From the human T2T-CHM13v2.0 reference genome, Homo sapiens, in NCBI RefSeq assembly GCF_009914755.1, contig NC_060925.1: 64,000 nucleotides of DNA, one strand, 5' to 3'. Position numbers and translations under genes: made by a program. The notes beneath the pieces are model-generated. The model had not been told where the DNA came from. It worked only from the letters and a program-made list of their open reading frames with translations, and ran no database searches. This document shows positions 45,672 to 64,000 of this stretch, one piece after another; within the stretch, counting starts at the first letter, position 1; every line of letters starts with the position of its first letter.

Positions 45672-48600
45672 CCAACTTTTATTTATCCACTCATTGAGTG
45701 ATGGGCATTTAGGCTGCTTCCACATTGCTGCAATTGCAAATTGTGTTGCTATAAACATGCAACATGTAAGTATCTTTTTCATATAATGACTTCTTTTCTT
45801 CTGAGTACTAACCTTGTAGTGGTATTGCTGGATCAAATGGTGAATCTACTTTTAGTTGTTTAAGGAATCTTCACACTGTTTTGCCTAGTCTTGTAACAGT
45901 TCACATTCCCATCAACTGTGTAAAAGGGTTTCCTTTTCTCCACATCCATGCCAACATCTATTATTGTTTGATTTTCTGATTATGGCCATTCTTGCAAGAG
46001 TGAAGTTGTATTGCACTGTGGTTTTGATTTGCATTTCTCTGATAATTAGTGATGTTCAGCATTTTTTCATATGCTTATTGGCCATTTGTATATCCTGTTG
46101 AGAATTGTCTATTCAAGTCCCTTAGCCCAATCCCAGTTTGATGGGATTGTTTATTTTCTTCTTGCTGATTTGTTTGAGTTCTTTTTAGATTCTGGATATT
46201 ATTCGATTGTCAGATGCATAGACTGTGAAGATTTTTCTCCCATTCTCTGGTTTGTCTCTTAACTCTGTTGATTATTTCTTTTGCTGTGCAGAAGTTTTTT
46301 AGTTTAATTTAGTCTTATTTTTTATCCCATTTTTTTTTTTGCATTTTCTTTTGGGTTCTTGGTCATGAAGTCTTTGCCTAAGCCAATGTCTAGAAGGGTG
46401 TTGCCAATGTTATCTTGTAGAATCTTTATGGTTTCAGGTTTTAGATGTAAGGCTTTGATCCACCTTGAGTTTATTTTTGTATAAGGTGAGAGATGAGGAT
46501 TCAGTTTCATTCTCCTACATGTGGCTTGCCAATTATTCCAGCACCATTTGTTGAATAGGTTGTCCTTTCTCCAGTTTATGTTTTTGTTTGCTGTGTGGAA
46601 AGCCAGTTAGCTGTAAACGTTTGGCATTATTTCTGGGTTCTCTATTCTGTTCCATTAGTCTATGTGCCGATTTTTATACCACTACCCTGCTTTCATGATT
46701 ATGGCTTTATAGCACAGTCTGAAGTTGGGCAATGTGATATTTCCAGATTTGTTATTTTTTAGTTTTGCTTTGGTTATGAAGGCTCCATTTTGATTCCATA
46801 TGAATTTTATGACTTTTTTTCTAGTTTTGTGAAGAATGATGGTGGCATTTTGATGGGAATTGTATTGAATTTGTAGATTGCCTTTGGCAGTATGGTCAAA
46901 TACTGAATAGGAGTGGTGAGAGTGGACATGGACATCCTTGTCTTATTCCGTTTCTTAGGGGAAATGCTTTCAGCTTTTCCCCATTCAGATTATTATTGGC
47001 TGTGGATTTGTCACAATTGGCTTTGCTTATCTTATGGTATGTCCCTTCTACACCGATTTTGCTGAGGATTTTAATCGTAAAGGCATGCTGGATTTTGTCA
47101 AATGCTTTTTCTTGTCTATCATGATGATAATGTGATTTTCCTGTTTAATTCTGTTTATGTGGGATATATCATATTCATTGACTTACGTATGTTAAACCAT
47201 CCCTGCATCCCCAGTATAAAACCCACTTGTACGTGGTGGATTATCTTTTTGATATGCTGTTGAATTTGGTTTGCTAGTATTTTTTTGATGAATTTTTCAT
47301 CAGTGTTCATTGGGGATATTGGTCTGTAGTTTTATTTTTGTTATGTCCTTGTCTGCTTTTGGTATTAGGGTGATAGTGGCTTCATAGAATGATTTAGGGA
47401 AAATTCCCTCTTTATCTTTTGGAATAGGGTTAATAGGATTGGCACTAATTCTTCTTTGAATGTCTGATAGAATTCAACTGTGAACCTGTCTGGTCCTGGC
47501 CTTTTTGGTGTTGACATTTTTTTTATTACCATTTCAATCTCGCTGCTTATTTTTGGTCTGTTCAGAGATTTTATAACTTCCTCATTTAATCTTGGAGTTT
47601 TATACATTTCCAGAAATTTATCCATCTTCTCTAGGTCTTTTAGTTTATGTGCATAAAAGTGTTCATAGTAGCCTTGAGTAATTTTTTTGTGTTTCTGTGG
47701 TACCAGTTTTTTTTATCGCCTGTTTCCTTCCTTCCTTCCTTCCTTCCTTCCTTCCTTCCTTCCTTCCTTCCTTCCTTCCTTCCTTCCTTCCTTTCTTTTC
47801 TCTTTCTTTCAACAGAATCTTGTTTTGTTGCCCAGGCTGGAGTGCAGTGGTGCAATCTGGGCTCACTGCAACCTGCGCCTCCTGGGTTCAAGAGATTCTC
47901 CTGCCTCAGCCTTCTGAGTAGCTGGGATTACAGGCACATCCCACCATGCCTGGCTAATTTTCATATTTTTGGTAGAGACGGGGTTTGACCATGTTGGTCA
48001 CGCTGGTCTCGAACTCCTGACCTCGTGATCTCCCTGCCTCGGCCTCCCAAAGTGCAAGGATTACAGGCATGAGCCACCACGTCTGGCACCTGTTTCATTT
48101 CTAGTTGAGCTTATTTAAATCTTTTCTTGGGTAATCTCACTAATTGTCTGTCTATTTTATTTATCTTCTCAAAGAATCAGCTTCTTGTTTCATTTATCTT
48201 TTGTATTTTTTTGTTTCAATTTCATTTAGTTCTCCTCTGATCTTCGTTATTTCTTCTCTTCATCAAGGCTTGGGTTTGGATTGTTTTTGTTTATCCAGTT
48301 CAGTGAGGTATGACCTTAGATTGTCTATTTGTGTTCTTTCAGACTTTTTGATATAGGCATTTAATGTTATGAACTTTCCTCTTAGTACTGCTTTTGCTGT
48401 ATCCCAGTGGTTTTGATAGGCTGTGTCACTATTTTCATTCAGTTTAAATAATTCTTTTTTAGTTTCCCTCTTGATTTTATTGTTTACTCAATGATCTTTC
48501 AGGTGCAGATTGTTGAAATTCCATGTATTTGCCTGGTTTTGAGTGTTCCTTTGGAGTTGATTTCCGATTTTATTCCACTGTGGTCTCAGAGAGTACTGGA

Positions 48601-50355
48601 TATAATTTTGATTTTCTTAAATATACTGAGGCTTGTTTTGTGGCCTATCATATGGCCTATCTTAGAGAATGTTCCATATGCTGATGAATAGAATGTATAT
48701 TCTGCAGTTGTTGGGTAGAATGTTCTGTAAATATCTGTTAAGTCCATTTGTTGTAGCGTATAGTTTAATTTCATTGTTTCTTAGTTGACTTTCTGTTTGG
48801 ATGATATGTCTAGTGTTCTCCGTTGAGTATTAAAGTATCCCAGTATTTTTGTATTGTTGCCTATCTGATTTCTTAGGACTGGTAATAATTTTTTTATATA
48901 TTTGGGAGTTTCACAATTAGGTAGATATATATTTACAATTATGATATTTTCCTGTTGTACTAGTCCTTTTATCATTATATACTGTTGCTCTTTGTCTTTT
49001 TTTTTATCTGCTGATGCTTTAAAGTTTGTTTTTTTTCTGATATGATAGTAGGTACTCCTGTGCACCTTTGGTTTACATTTGCATGGAATATCTTCTTCCA
49101 CCCCTTTATATTAAGTTTATGTAAGTCCTTATGTGTTAGGTGAATCTCATGAAGATGGGGATGCTTGGTTGTCAAATTCTTATCTATTCTGTCATTCTGT
49201 ATCTTTTAAGTGGAACATTTAGGCCACTAACATTAATGATAGTATTGAGATGTGAAGTACTATTCTATCTGTTGTGCTCTTTGTTGGTTTCATTTTCATT
49301 CTGTTATTGTTATGTATGTCATGTGATATTTATGCTTTAGGGCGGTTCTGTTTTGGTGTAATCCAAGAATTTGTTTCAAGTTTAGAACTCCTTATAGCAG
49401 TTCTTATAGTGCTGGGTTGGTAATGGTGAATTCTCCCAGCATTTGTTTGTCTGGAAATGACTGTATCTTTACTTCCTTTAAGAAGATTAGTTTCACTGAA
49501 TAGAAAATTCTTGGCTGATAATTGTTTTGTTCAAAGGGGCTGAAAATAAGACCCCAATTCCTTCTATCTTATAAAGTTTCTGGTGAGAAATCTGCTGTTA
49601 ATCTGGCAGGTTTTTCTTTATAAGTTACCTGATGCTTTTGTGTCATAGCTCTTACGATTCTTTCCTTCATCTTGACTTTAGATAACCTGTTGTTATGTGC
49701 CCTAGGGGCACCTTTTCAAGTATTCATATTTCTCAGCTGGTGGGCATGGCCTTAGAGCACCCAAGAGATTATTACCTTTGTCTTCGGCCCCCAAGGTGGG
49801 TAGAGAAGGTCCACCAGGTGTGGGCTAAGATAAGCTTGTCTGAGCTCAGCCTCTCCTTGGGTGGAGCTTGCTGTGCTGCTGCTGTGAGGTCAATGGGGGT
49901 GTAGTTTCCAGTCCAATGGAGTTATATTCCCAGGGGGATTATGGCTACCTCTGCTGCAACAAACAGGTCACCAGGAAAGTGAGAGAAAGCCAGCGGTTAC
50001 AGGCCTCACCCAGCTCCCACACAGCCAGGAGTCCTAAAGGCCAGTCATACTTTCAGCGTGCCTCCGCAACAGCACAGAGTCTGTTTCCAGGAAGCTGGTG
50101 ACCAGGGCTGAGAACTTGTTCCAGAACACGAGCCTCTCTGTTGAGAAAGCAAGCAGACTCACAGGTTTTCTGTGTCTCAGGGAGCCTACAGCAGGAATCC
50201 AGTTCCTTCAAAGGGTCTGTGGATTCTCTCAGCTTTCCCGGTATGTTTCTGCAGTAGTTCTTGGAGCAAAAGTTCACAATGTTTGAGTTTCCAGATGCTA
50301 CTCTGTCCATTTGAGTGGGAGCTGCAAGCTAGTCCTGCCTCTTATCCACCATCTT
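45280..50355 (-). mobile_element. L1PB-like element retaining both ends, with internal deletions near 46899 and 49712
   Basis: 3' end aataagttctttagtggtgatttctgag; ORF2 peptides; 5' end AAGATGGTGGATAAGAGGCAGGACTAG on the minus strand. Confidence 0.8.
47724..48087 (-). mobile_element. Alu (S-type) inside the L1, with tail converted to (TTCC)17 at 47724-47791
   Basis: Reverse-complement Alu; TSD C(G/A)CCTGTTTC at 47717-47726 and 48087-48096. Confidence 0.9.
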
Positions 50356-50514
50356 AATTCTTATCAGCACATTAAAGTTTTATGCATTTTCAGTATCATA
50401 AAATTTGTGCTATGCATCCAGGTAGCATACACTTCTTCTTTTCCCAATGTATAAACTCAAAATTTTATTGATCCTCTTGAAATCTGCTTTGGAATTAAAG
50501 TTAATATACTGGAA

Positions 50515-56332
<5,818 letters not shown>

Positions 56333-56333
<1 letters not shown>

Positions 56334-57710
56334 GTAATAAAGGAAGGTAACAACCCCATCTTTCAGGTTATAGGAAGAACCATAGGTCTAACTTCTGCTG
56401 TCATCTGACCCCACATTATAAAGCCTATTTAAAGTATGAAGTGGGTTATATTGAGTTAGCTATCAAAAAGAGTGAGATTTCATTCTATCTTTGCAAGCAG
56501 TTTGGTGAGTTGCCTGTGATGAATATTACATTCTCCTGTAATACTTACTCAATAATTAAATTGTTTTATTTTCTTCTAAATTTATGAAGAGGATTCTTGG
56601 GTTTTGAGGAGAGTTTGTTTTTAAGCATATTTCTCTAGCAAAGTACAAAAACTCAAGTTGCACAAGTAAATTTTATGGAGTACTAGGAGGTGAAAATGCT
56701 GTAAAAATAAAACAAGATAGGGAAATAAAATTCATTATGTTTTGAAATTTTAAATGGAGTTTTCTGAGAAAGCATGGTTGAGGGGTTGATAGTTGAACAC
56801 TGCTCACATAGCATGAGATCGAGAGCAGGTAGAGCCCCTAGTCTTAACTCTATAGGAGAGGAGAGGATCAAGTGCAAATAGTAACCTGTGTGTGAGTTAA
56901 AGAAAAAAAAAGTCAGTGATGCATGTTGAAGCATAGTAAGGAAGGTTTTATTCAAAAACATTGTGAGACAATATACAGGAATAATTCAGGGTGGTTGCAG
57001 AACAATATAAAAATCTAGGAAGAAGTTTTGCATGACTAGCAAAATTCATGCAAAACTCAGTTATTGCTTGTGAAAAGTCAATTATTGCTTTGCTTGAGTT
57101 TATAAATTATTCACTAAAAACAGCCTCAGGAAAACAGGACATTCAACAGAGATAAAAGAAAATACATCAACCAGCAACCCTAAAAATGGGCCAACCAGTC
57201 CAATAACAACATCTTGAAGGTGTACACAAGGTCACAAAGCATTGACCAAGAAAGCAATAATTAGCTGCCTTTTTAAGACTGTACACATTTTACAATAATG
57301 TTTTTATTATTTCCCCTAATTTCTCTTAAAATCTCCTGAACCAGAGGCACAACTCAGAAAGGCAGTCTTTGAATGCCGTTTAATGGCTCCTCTAGGTTGT
57401 TCGCTTCTCAAATAAAGGTAACTTTTTTTTTAAACACCAAACCCTGTGTCTTCAGTTTGTGGCTTTCAGACTACAAGTGGTCCAGACCTAAGTTTGGCTA
57501 AAAGAGTAGTGTAAACCCAAAATAAATTCTAAGCCCCCAACTGACTGATGAATCTGCCTCTCAGCCAAGAACATTCCAAAGTAAACTTCAAATTGTTGTT
57601 CAGGCCATAATGGAAAGAGGGTGGAGGCTGAACATGCTTTATCCCTTATAAACTTCTCCCTTTGGAATTCAGGTACTACTGACCAACATCAACCATTAAA
57701 ACAGATATAC
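56333..57710. mobile_element. Patchwork of old ERV1 LTR fragments
   Basis: LTR-like starts (tgtaataaagg..., tgtaaacccaaaataaattctaagccc) and aataaa-type signals; families not resolved. Confidence 0.4.
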
Positions 57711-57739
57711 GTCTACAATAAAAACAGTAAAACATTGGT

Positions 57740-58975
57740 GCCATAAATTGACTATGATACACAAAAAAGTAAAAATATTCCTTGTTGATGGATTTTAAGA
57801 ATCAATATTGTTAAAACGTCTATACTACACAAAGCAATTTACAGATTCAAACTAATCTCTATCAAAATACTAATAACATTCTTCAAAAAATAGAAAAAAT
57901 TCTAAAATGCATATGGAATCCTAAAAGACCTAGAATACCCAAAGCAATCTTGAGCAAAAAGAAAAAAACTGGAGGAATCACATTGCCTGACTTAAAATTA
58001 TACTAAGGAGCTATAGTAACAGAAACAGCATGATACTGACATTAAAAACAAACACATAGACTAATAGCATGGAAGAGAGAACCAGGAAGCAAATCCATAC
58101 AGGGAAGTAATTTTTGACAAAGATACCAAGAACATATATTGGGAAAATATAGTCTGTTCAATAAAATGGTGCTGGGAAAACTGAATATCCTTATGAAGAA
58201 GAATGAAACTAGACACCTGTTTCTTGGCTTATACAAAAATCAAAATGTTTTAAAGCCTTTAATCTAAGACCTCAAACTATGAAACGACTAACAGCAAACA
58301 TTGGGGAAACTCCCCAGGACATTGGACTGGGCAAAGATTTCTTGAGCAATTCTCTGGAGGCACAGCCAGTCAAAGCAAATGTGGATAAATGGAATCAAAT
58401 TAAGTTAAAAAGCATCTGCAGCACAAAGAAAACAATCAACAAAGTAAAGAGACAATCCACAGAATGGGAGAAAATATTTTAAAACCACCCATCTAACAAG
58501 AAATTAGTAACCAGAATATATAAGGGGCTCAAACAACTCTATAGGAAAAAGTCTAATAATCCTTTTTTTTTTGTAGTTTACATTATGTAGTGATCTTTTT
58601 TATTCCTACTAGTTTTTGCTTTTTATTATTATTATAGTTTAAGTTTTAGGGTACATGTGCACAACGTGCGGGTTTGTTACATATGTATACATGTGCCATG
58701 TTGATGTGCTGCACCCATTAACTCGTCATTTAGCATTAGGTATATCTCCTAATGCTATCCCTCCCCCCTCCCCCCACCCCACAACAGTCCCTGGTGTGTC
58801 ATCTATTTTTAAAATGGGCAAAAGACGGGAATAGACTTTCTCCAAAGAAGACACACAAATGGCAAACTGGTATATCAACAGTAAAAAATACTATACTTAA
58901 AAAGTTAAAAATATTATAGAATTTTCCTATGATCCAACAATTTCACTTCTGGGTACATACTCCAAAAATCTGTAA
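57740..58975 (+). mobile_element. Old L1 (L1M-type) ORF2 3' fragment
   Basis: Peptide [10 protein letters not shown]...DKWNQIKLKS...RQSTEWEKIF. Confidence 0.8.
58563..58800 (-). mobile_element. Short young L1PA 3' end with extra 3' sequence and a second poly(A)
   Basis: Near-consensus reverse-complement L1 3'UTR at 58620-58800; unique 58573-58619; T10 at 58563-58572. Confidence 0.85.
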
Positions 58976-58978
58976 GGA

Positions 58979-59080
58979 GGCTCCAGTCCTCAGGGGGCTC
59001 CAGGCCTCAGGTGGCTCCAGTCCTCAGGGGGCTCCAGTCCTCAGGGGGCTCCAGGCCTCAGGCGGCTCCAGCCCTCAGTG
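58979..59080. repeat. GC-rich minisatellite, 6 x 17 bp (GGCTCCAG[T/G/C]CCTCAGGN)
   Basis: Six consecutive units read directly from the sequence. Confidence 0.95.
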
Positions 59081-60370
59081 GGGCGCTGCACAACCCGCGA
59101 TCCGCGTGGCTCCATCTGAGTCCCTGGTTAGGCTCCCTTGGTCCCTGCGTTCCCTCGCCTCCCTCGCCTGTCCTCTTCCTCAGTCCCACCCAGCACGGCA
59201 CCAAGGTGAGAGGAGCCCCGCTGGAAAGGAAGCATGTGGACTCCGGGTTCAGCACCTCCTCCAGAAGCACAGGACGTGCGACCTTCAGCCTTTGCGCCCA
59301 CCTCCGCGCCACCAGCCCAGCAGTAGCTGGGAACGGAGCTGTCCCCCTCCAGTCTCCTCCCGCCTCAGCACCGAGCAAATTCTGTGCAGCTAAGAGAATA
59401 AACGCATGCGGAAGAGAAGGCGTTTTCAGAAACTAGTTTCCAAACAACAGATCCAGCTTGTACTTCCGATGCACGGTCGCAGGCCTTTCTCCTCAAAGGA
59501 CTTCATCTATAACATCCTCACCATTAAATAAAGACAGGTCTTGTCTACTCTAGGGCAGGATGGGTAGGTCTGTGAACGTTTTCTGAAAGAATGTGATGAG
59601 AAAATTCGAGAAGAGCGTGAAGAAATCAAACACAAAACTGGCAGAACAGGATGAGGCATTTGTGAAGTTCACGCTTGGGGAAATAATGTGACGCTCTGGC
59701 GCTGGCTCTTACGTTTCATGACTCACACATTCTGCATTTGCCGCTGCCTTATTCCTTGCTGACTTATTGCAAAGGGTCCCAATTTTGTCCTGACACAATG
59801 CCAGGATCCCTCGGTGAATACAGGTTTTTGCAAGCTTTTGACAATGGCAACCACTCTCAGGCCCTAGCAACTGGTTTGGGACATTTCCCCGATCTCAGCA
59901 CCACTTAATGTGGACCTTTGCTACCTATATTAATACAGTTTTGGCTCCTTATTTTAATATGTTTGAAAAGGATTAAAGGGGGATATTCTAAAACATATCC
60001 TTCGCTGGTTGTGTAAATGAAACTAGAATGACAATGCAGAGGAAGTTAGTGTGATTTTAATTGTGTGGTACAACCAGTACATAACCAGTTATTAAAAATT
60101 GAGAAAGTAATCCCAGGACAATCTGAAGCAAATAGCCACAGCACTTCTTGAGAAATAGTGAAGGGGGAAGCCATTCCTGTATTCCAGGAGTTCTTGGGCA
60201 TTCAGAATGGGTTTGTGATTTTTTTAAGTGTTTTATTTTTTCTATCAGTCTTTTAAACACATGTTTATTACGGCATTTTTTCCAGTATATTATTGTTTTA
60301 CCTCTTTGGTAGTACTGGAATTTAGTTTAAAGAATAGAACATTTACTCCCTCGAAAAAAGAAAGAAACAA
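59081..60370 (+). pseudogene. Processed pseudogene of AKIRIN2 (5'UTR, disrupted CDS at about 59203-59721, 3'UTR, poly(A) remnant)
   Basis: Colinear intronless fragments KVRGAPLER (parent MACGATLKR), VSSRLSTEQIL, KRMRKRR, ETSFQTTDPACTSDA, CERFLKECDEKIREE, NTKLAEQDEAFVKFT, SYVS-stop; AATAGA at 60333 and A-rich tail at 60354-60370. Confidence 0.88.
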
Positions 60371-60484
60371 GTGAGGGTATTTAACAAAAAATGCAGGTTT
60401 TATTATGTCTAGAGGCAAAGAACAAAGAACATACATTCAGGTTATGTGCACACAGACTTCTACTAATTTCTAATATTTTATTTA

Positions 60485-60799
60485 TTATTTTATTTTTATA
60501 TTTTAAATGTTATTTTTGAGATGGAGTCTTGCACAGTCACCCAGGCTGGAATGCCATGGCATGATCTCAGCTCACTGCAACCTCCACTTCTCAAGTTGAA
60601 GTGATTCTCCTGCCTTAACCTCCTGAGCAGCTGGGATTACAGGTCTGTGCCACCACGCTGGCAAAGTTTTGTGTTTTGAGTTTAGAAAGAGTTTCACCAT
60701 TTTGGTCAGGCTAGTCTCAAACTCCTAAACTGAAGTGATCCATCAGCCTCAGCCTCCCAAAGTCCTAAGATTACAGGCATGAGGATCCGTACATGGCCT
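60485..60799 (-). mobile_element. Diverged Alu
   Basis: Reverse-complement Alu with T-rich tail; flanking repeat TAATATTTTATTT on both sides. Confidence 0.85.
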
Positions 60800-62582
60800 G
60801 TAATATTTTATTTTAAGCTGGTGATGGGTACATTGGTGTTTTGTTTTATACATTATCTTCCACTGAAATATTTATGAAGATACAAAATAACTATCGTTGT
60901 AATTGAGGCTATGAACAATTTAAGGAAAACAATACAATTATCAGTAAAAGCAGGATATCATTCAATACAATTCAGTGAACATTTATTGAACAAAGCATTG
61001 GTAAAAGAGATAAAATGGGATTTTGCTAATGTGCTGAATCTATCTACCTAAGCCTCAGACAAACACTATATCTAATGGAGAACCATAATTGCTAAAGGCT
61101 TAAGGTACTCATTAATATTATTCTTCAACATTTTAACAATATACATTTTAATCAATGAAGTAAGGAAAAATAGATTAATTTGGAAAGCGATCTAAAGTTG
61201 TTCAGCCGTTGTATACAGGCATTTTTCTATGCAATAAGAAATACAAAAATAAAAATAGCATTCTTGGATTCAAGGCCTATAAGCAACAATTAATAGATTT
61301 CTATATATTAACTAAAAGAAATAGAAGAAATAATACACACAATATTCCATACGCTAGAGCAACAAAAAAGAAAATTCCCATGAACATTTTATTTTATAAT
61401 AATAACTTTTACAGAAAATATATACAGTAGTTTTAAGGGATAGAAAGCATATTAAGGAACATACATATAGAATTAGAATTATGTAGGGAACCTCAAGATG
61501 TTAAAAGTGCCAGTTCTACCCAAGCATATCTTGCTTTGATGATGGAGCAGAAGGAACAGTGAAGAGAAACCATAGAAGAGGAAGGATATTAGCCCTGAAC
61601 GCCCTGACTGCCATTCTCTAGCTCTGCGACTGAAGTCAATTTACTTAAGCTTCTGCCCTCAGTTTCACATGTAAAAAAAATGACAGTATAATTAAAGATA
61701 TTATATTATAATATATACATGTGTCTAATAGGGGTATCTGGCATACACAATGGTTGTAGGTATTATGTGAGTTTACAGTTTTGTTTTGTTTTTTTTTAAC
61801 CACAGTGCCAGTTATACAGAAAGCACTTGGTGTGTTTCACCTCATCATGTGAGAGAGAGGGAGAAGTTTCAGAAAGTTTCCACTGATCTACAGGGAAGGG
61901 GGCATAATTATCTTTGTAGTATTTTCAAGAAAAGGAAGCTAATTTGGCTTCATGTCCTAAGAGAGGAGATAGAAGGAAATACAAACTTTGATAAAGACAA
62001 GGGAATGGATTCCCCAAGGGCTAAAAATTTAAGTTTTTGTCCTTTCATTCATTTGTTAATAACAATAAAGATTCCAACTGTATGTTAGGTGCTTTTTTCC
62101 TAATGATGGAAACATAAAAACATGTCAGATATTCATATATTTTTGCCTTTTTAGGAACCTACAATCTTACTGAAAATACACATTATTCAGATAAGTACTA
62201 AGATGTAAGTTAACCAAGCGCAAACAAGACTGGGTATAAGCTAGTGCTGAAATTTCTGCTGAATGTGCTGATGATTGATTTCATTTCTTATGTCATTTTT
62301 GGGCCGAGAATTTTTTCAATTTTATTCTATTTTATCTGTACAATATGACTTTGAGAAATGTGGTACAACCTGAGGCAGAAGGAGTGGTTACCTGTCCCAG
62401 CTTATCAATGTGAAAGATTGGATAAAATCCATTATTTTTGTTTTTTCATGTCCTGGCATTCTAGATTTGTAAAAGATATTGATAGTGAATGGGAGTCAGA
62501 GGAGAAAAGTAGCAGATGAGAGTGGGACATGATTTGAAAGTTTTGGCCACATTCTCTTTTCTTTTAATAATTGTAGCTCATG

Positions 62583-62922
62583 CAGGATGAGAACTCCTAA
62601 ACCAAAAATCTAATATCCAAACTACTCCCAAATCGGAATCTTTTTGAGTGCTGACATGAGACTGTGTCACTCTTGCTTTCTGATGGTTCAGTGTACACAA
62701 ACTTTCTCCTTTACACAAAATTATTTTAAAATATGGCATAAAATTACCTTCAGGCTATGTGTATAAGGTATACATAGAACATAAGTTAATTTTGTCTCCA
62801 CTCTTGGGTTCCATTCCCAGGACATCTCCTTATACATATGCAAATATTTCAAAGTGTGAGAAAAATCTGCAATCTGCAACACATCTGGTCCCAAGCATTT
62901 TGGATAAGGAATCCTCAACCTG
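62583..62922. mobile_element. Tigger4-like TcMar MITE
   Basis: Terminal inverted repeats CAGGATGAG...CTCAACCTG followed by TA; core ggtcccaagcattttggataagg. Confidence 0.7.
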
Positions 62923-63587
62923 TATTAATGAATGCTTACATCTGTCATGTGCTCCTCTAAGACATTTACACCTATCATTTAAATATGTTTTTAAACTTGA
63001 AGTATACAAAAATGTTTATTTACAACAAATATGTTGGATATACATTTTGTAAAATGCTTTAAAATATTACCAGTGCTTTTGAAACACAGCTTATCTCTCT
63101 GTGATCATGTAACCTTTCAGGCCAATTTTGTAGGTAATCATTATTCCAGTATTGCTGTGCTTTATAATAGATTTTTATATGTGTGTTTAAATTACTCATA
63201 ATAGGATTCATGAAGTCATTCCCTGTGATCTACTTTGTTCATTCAACATTCTATTTGTGAGACTCATCAATGCTACTTCCTGTAGTTTTGGTTATAAATT
63301 CCATTTTCAGTGTGCATGCAGGGAGCGGTTTTATATTACAAATAAAGTTGCTATGCTCATTTTTGCTAATATGAGAAATTTGTTGTTTTCTTTTGTTTCC
63401 TGATCATTCCTCTTACAAAAGGGTTAATTATTATTACAAAAGTGTAAAGTCAGTTTAGCAACTACAGTGGATTACACATGCTGTCTGACAATATTTCAGA
63501 ACTGCTTTATTTCTTTTTTTAATAAAATTTTGTCCACTCAATGTCTCCTTTCCATCATCTAACTCAGTAACTTCTCAATTTCTGAAC

Positions 63588-63723
63588 ATGATTTTCATGG
63601 TTTCTGTGTTATATTGCTCTGGGAATGTGCACAGTATCACACTGTCATGAATTATGACCAGGATTTTCATAAGTTCTGTGTTATATTGCTCTGGACATGT
63701 GCACAGTATCACAGTGTCATGAA
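63588..63723. repeat. Tandem duplication, period 72 bp, about 1.9 copies
   Basis: gattttcat...ttctgtgttatattgctctgg..atgtgcacagtatcaca.tgtcatgaa at 63590 and 63662. Confidence 0.9.
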
Positions 63724-64000
63724 ATCTGATGACTCCTCTTCCAGATGTAATAAGGTTAATGTATAAAAAGACACTGGAAAAAACTAAATGTATGCACGAT
63801 CTTTTTACAAAATGATGGAGTTAATTACAACAGATACAATGTGGATTAGATAAAATAAATAAAAATAGAAGCATGATATTACAACTAAGGAAAATAAATA
63901 CTTGGAAGGCTATGTCTAGAGTTCAAAATGTTGTACATCATTATGTGAACACTCTTGAGATGTTGATAGATATTCTGAAAAAAATTGAAATCAATATGTC

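Noticed and set aside
47640-47988. ORFs with repeated FLPS or RKEG peptides
   Set aside because: They are translations of the (TTCC)17 microsatellite and Alu
58979-59080. Regular short repeats, CRISPR-like at a glance
   Set aside because: The units are contiguous with no unique spacers, and the context is eukaryotic; it is a minisatellite
62011-62020. O/E-like TCCCCAAGGG as a promoter of a downstream OR
   Set aside because: It is a single short motif with no gene inside the window to anchor it

Overview
This is primate, most likely human, genomic DNA from an olfactory receptor (OR) family-2 cluster. The gene order matches my recollection of chr1q44: OR2T32P, OR2L13, OR2M1P. It contains three OR loci: an intact 320-aa OR2T-subfamily ORF on the minus strand, OR2L13 (312 aa, plus strand), and an OR2M-subfamily pseudogene with a TAG at codon 36. 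There is also a degraded AKIRIN2 processed pseudogene, which is visible only as fragments across reading frames and is preceded by a 17-bp minisatellite. Most of the rest is nested L1, Alu, ERV/LTR and DNA-transposon sequence, and nearly all short ORFs in the track are repeat-derived or spurious. I see no convincing new multi-gene system. The most notable signals are: the intact OR at a locus I recall as a pseudogene; a palindromic AT-rich element; a provirus apparently split by an inversion; a young L1 with a large internal deletion next to the OR2M pseudogene; several short L1 3' transductions; and the CpG-retaining AKIRIN2 retrocopy. Repeat subfamily names and gene symbols come from memory of consensus sequences and need database confirmation.
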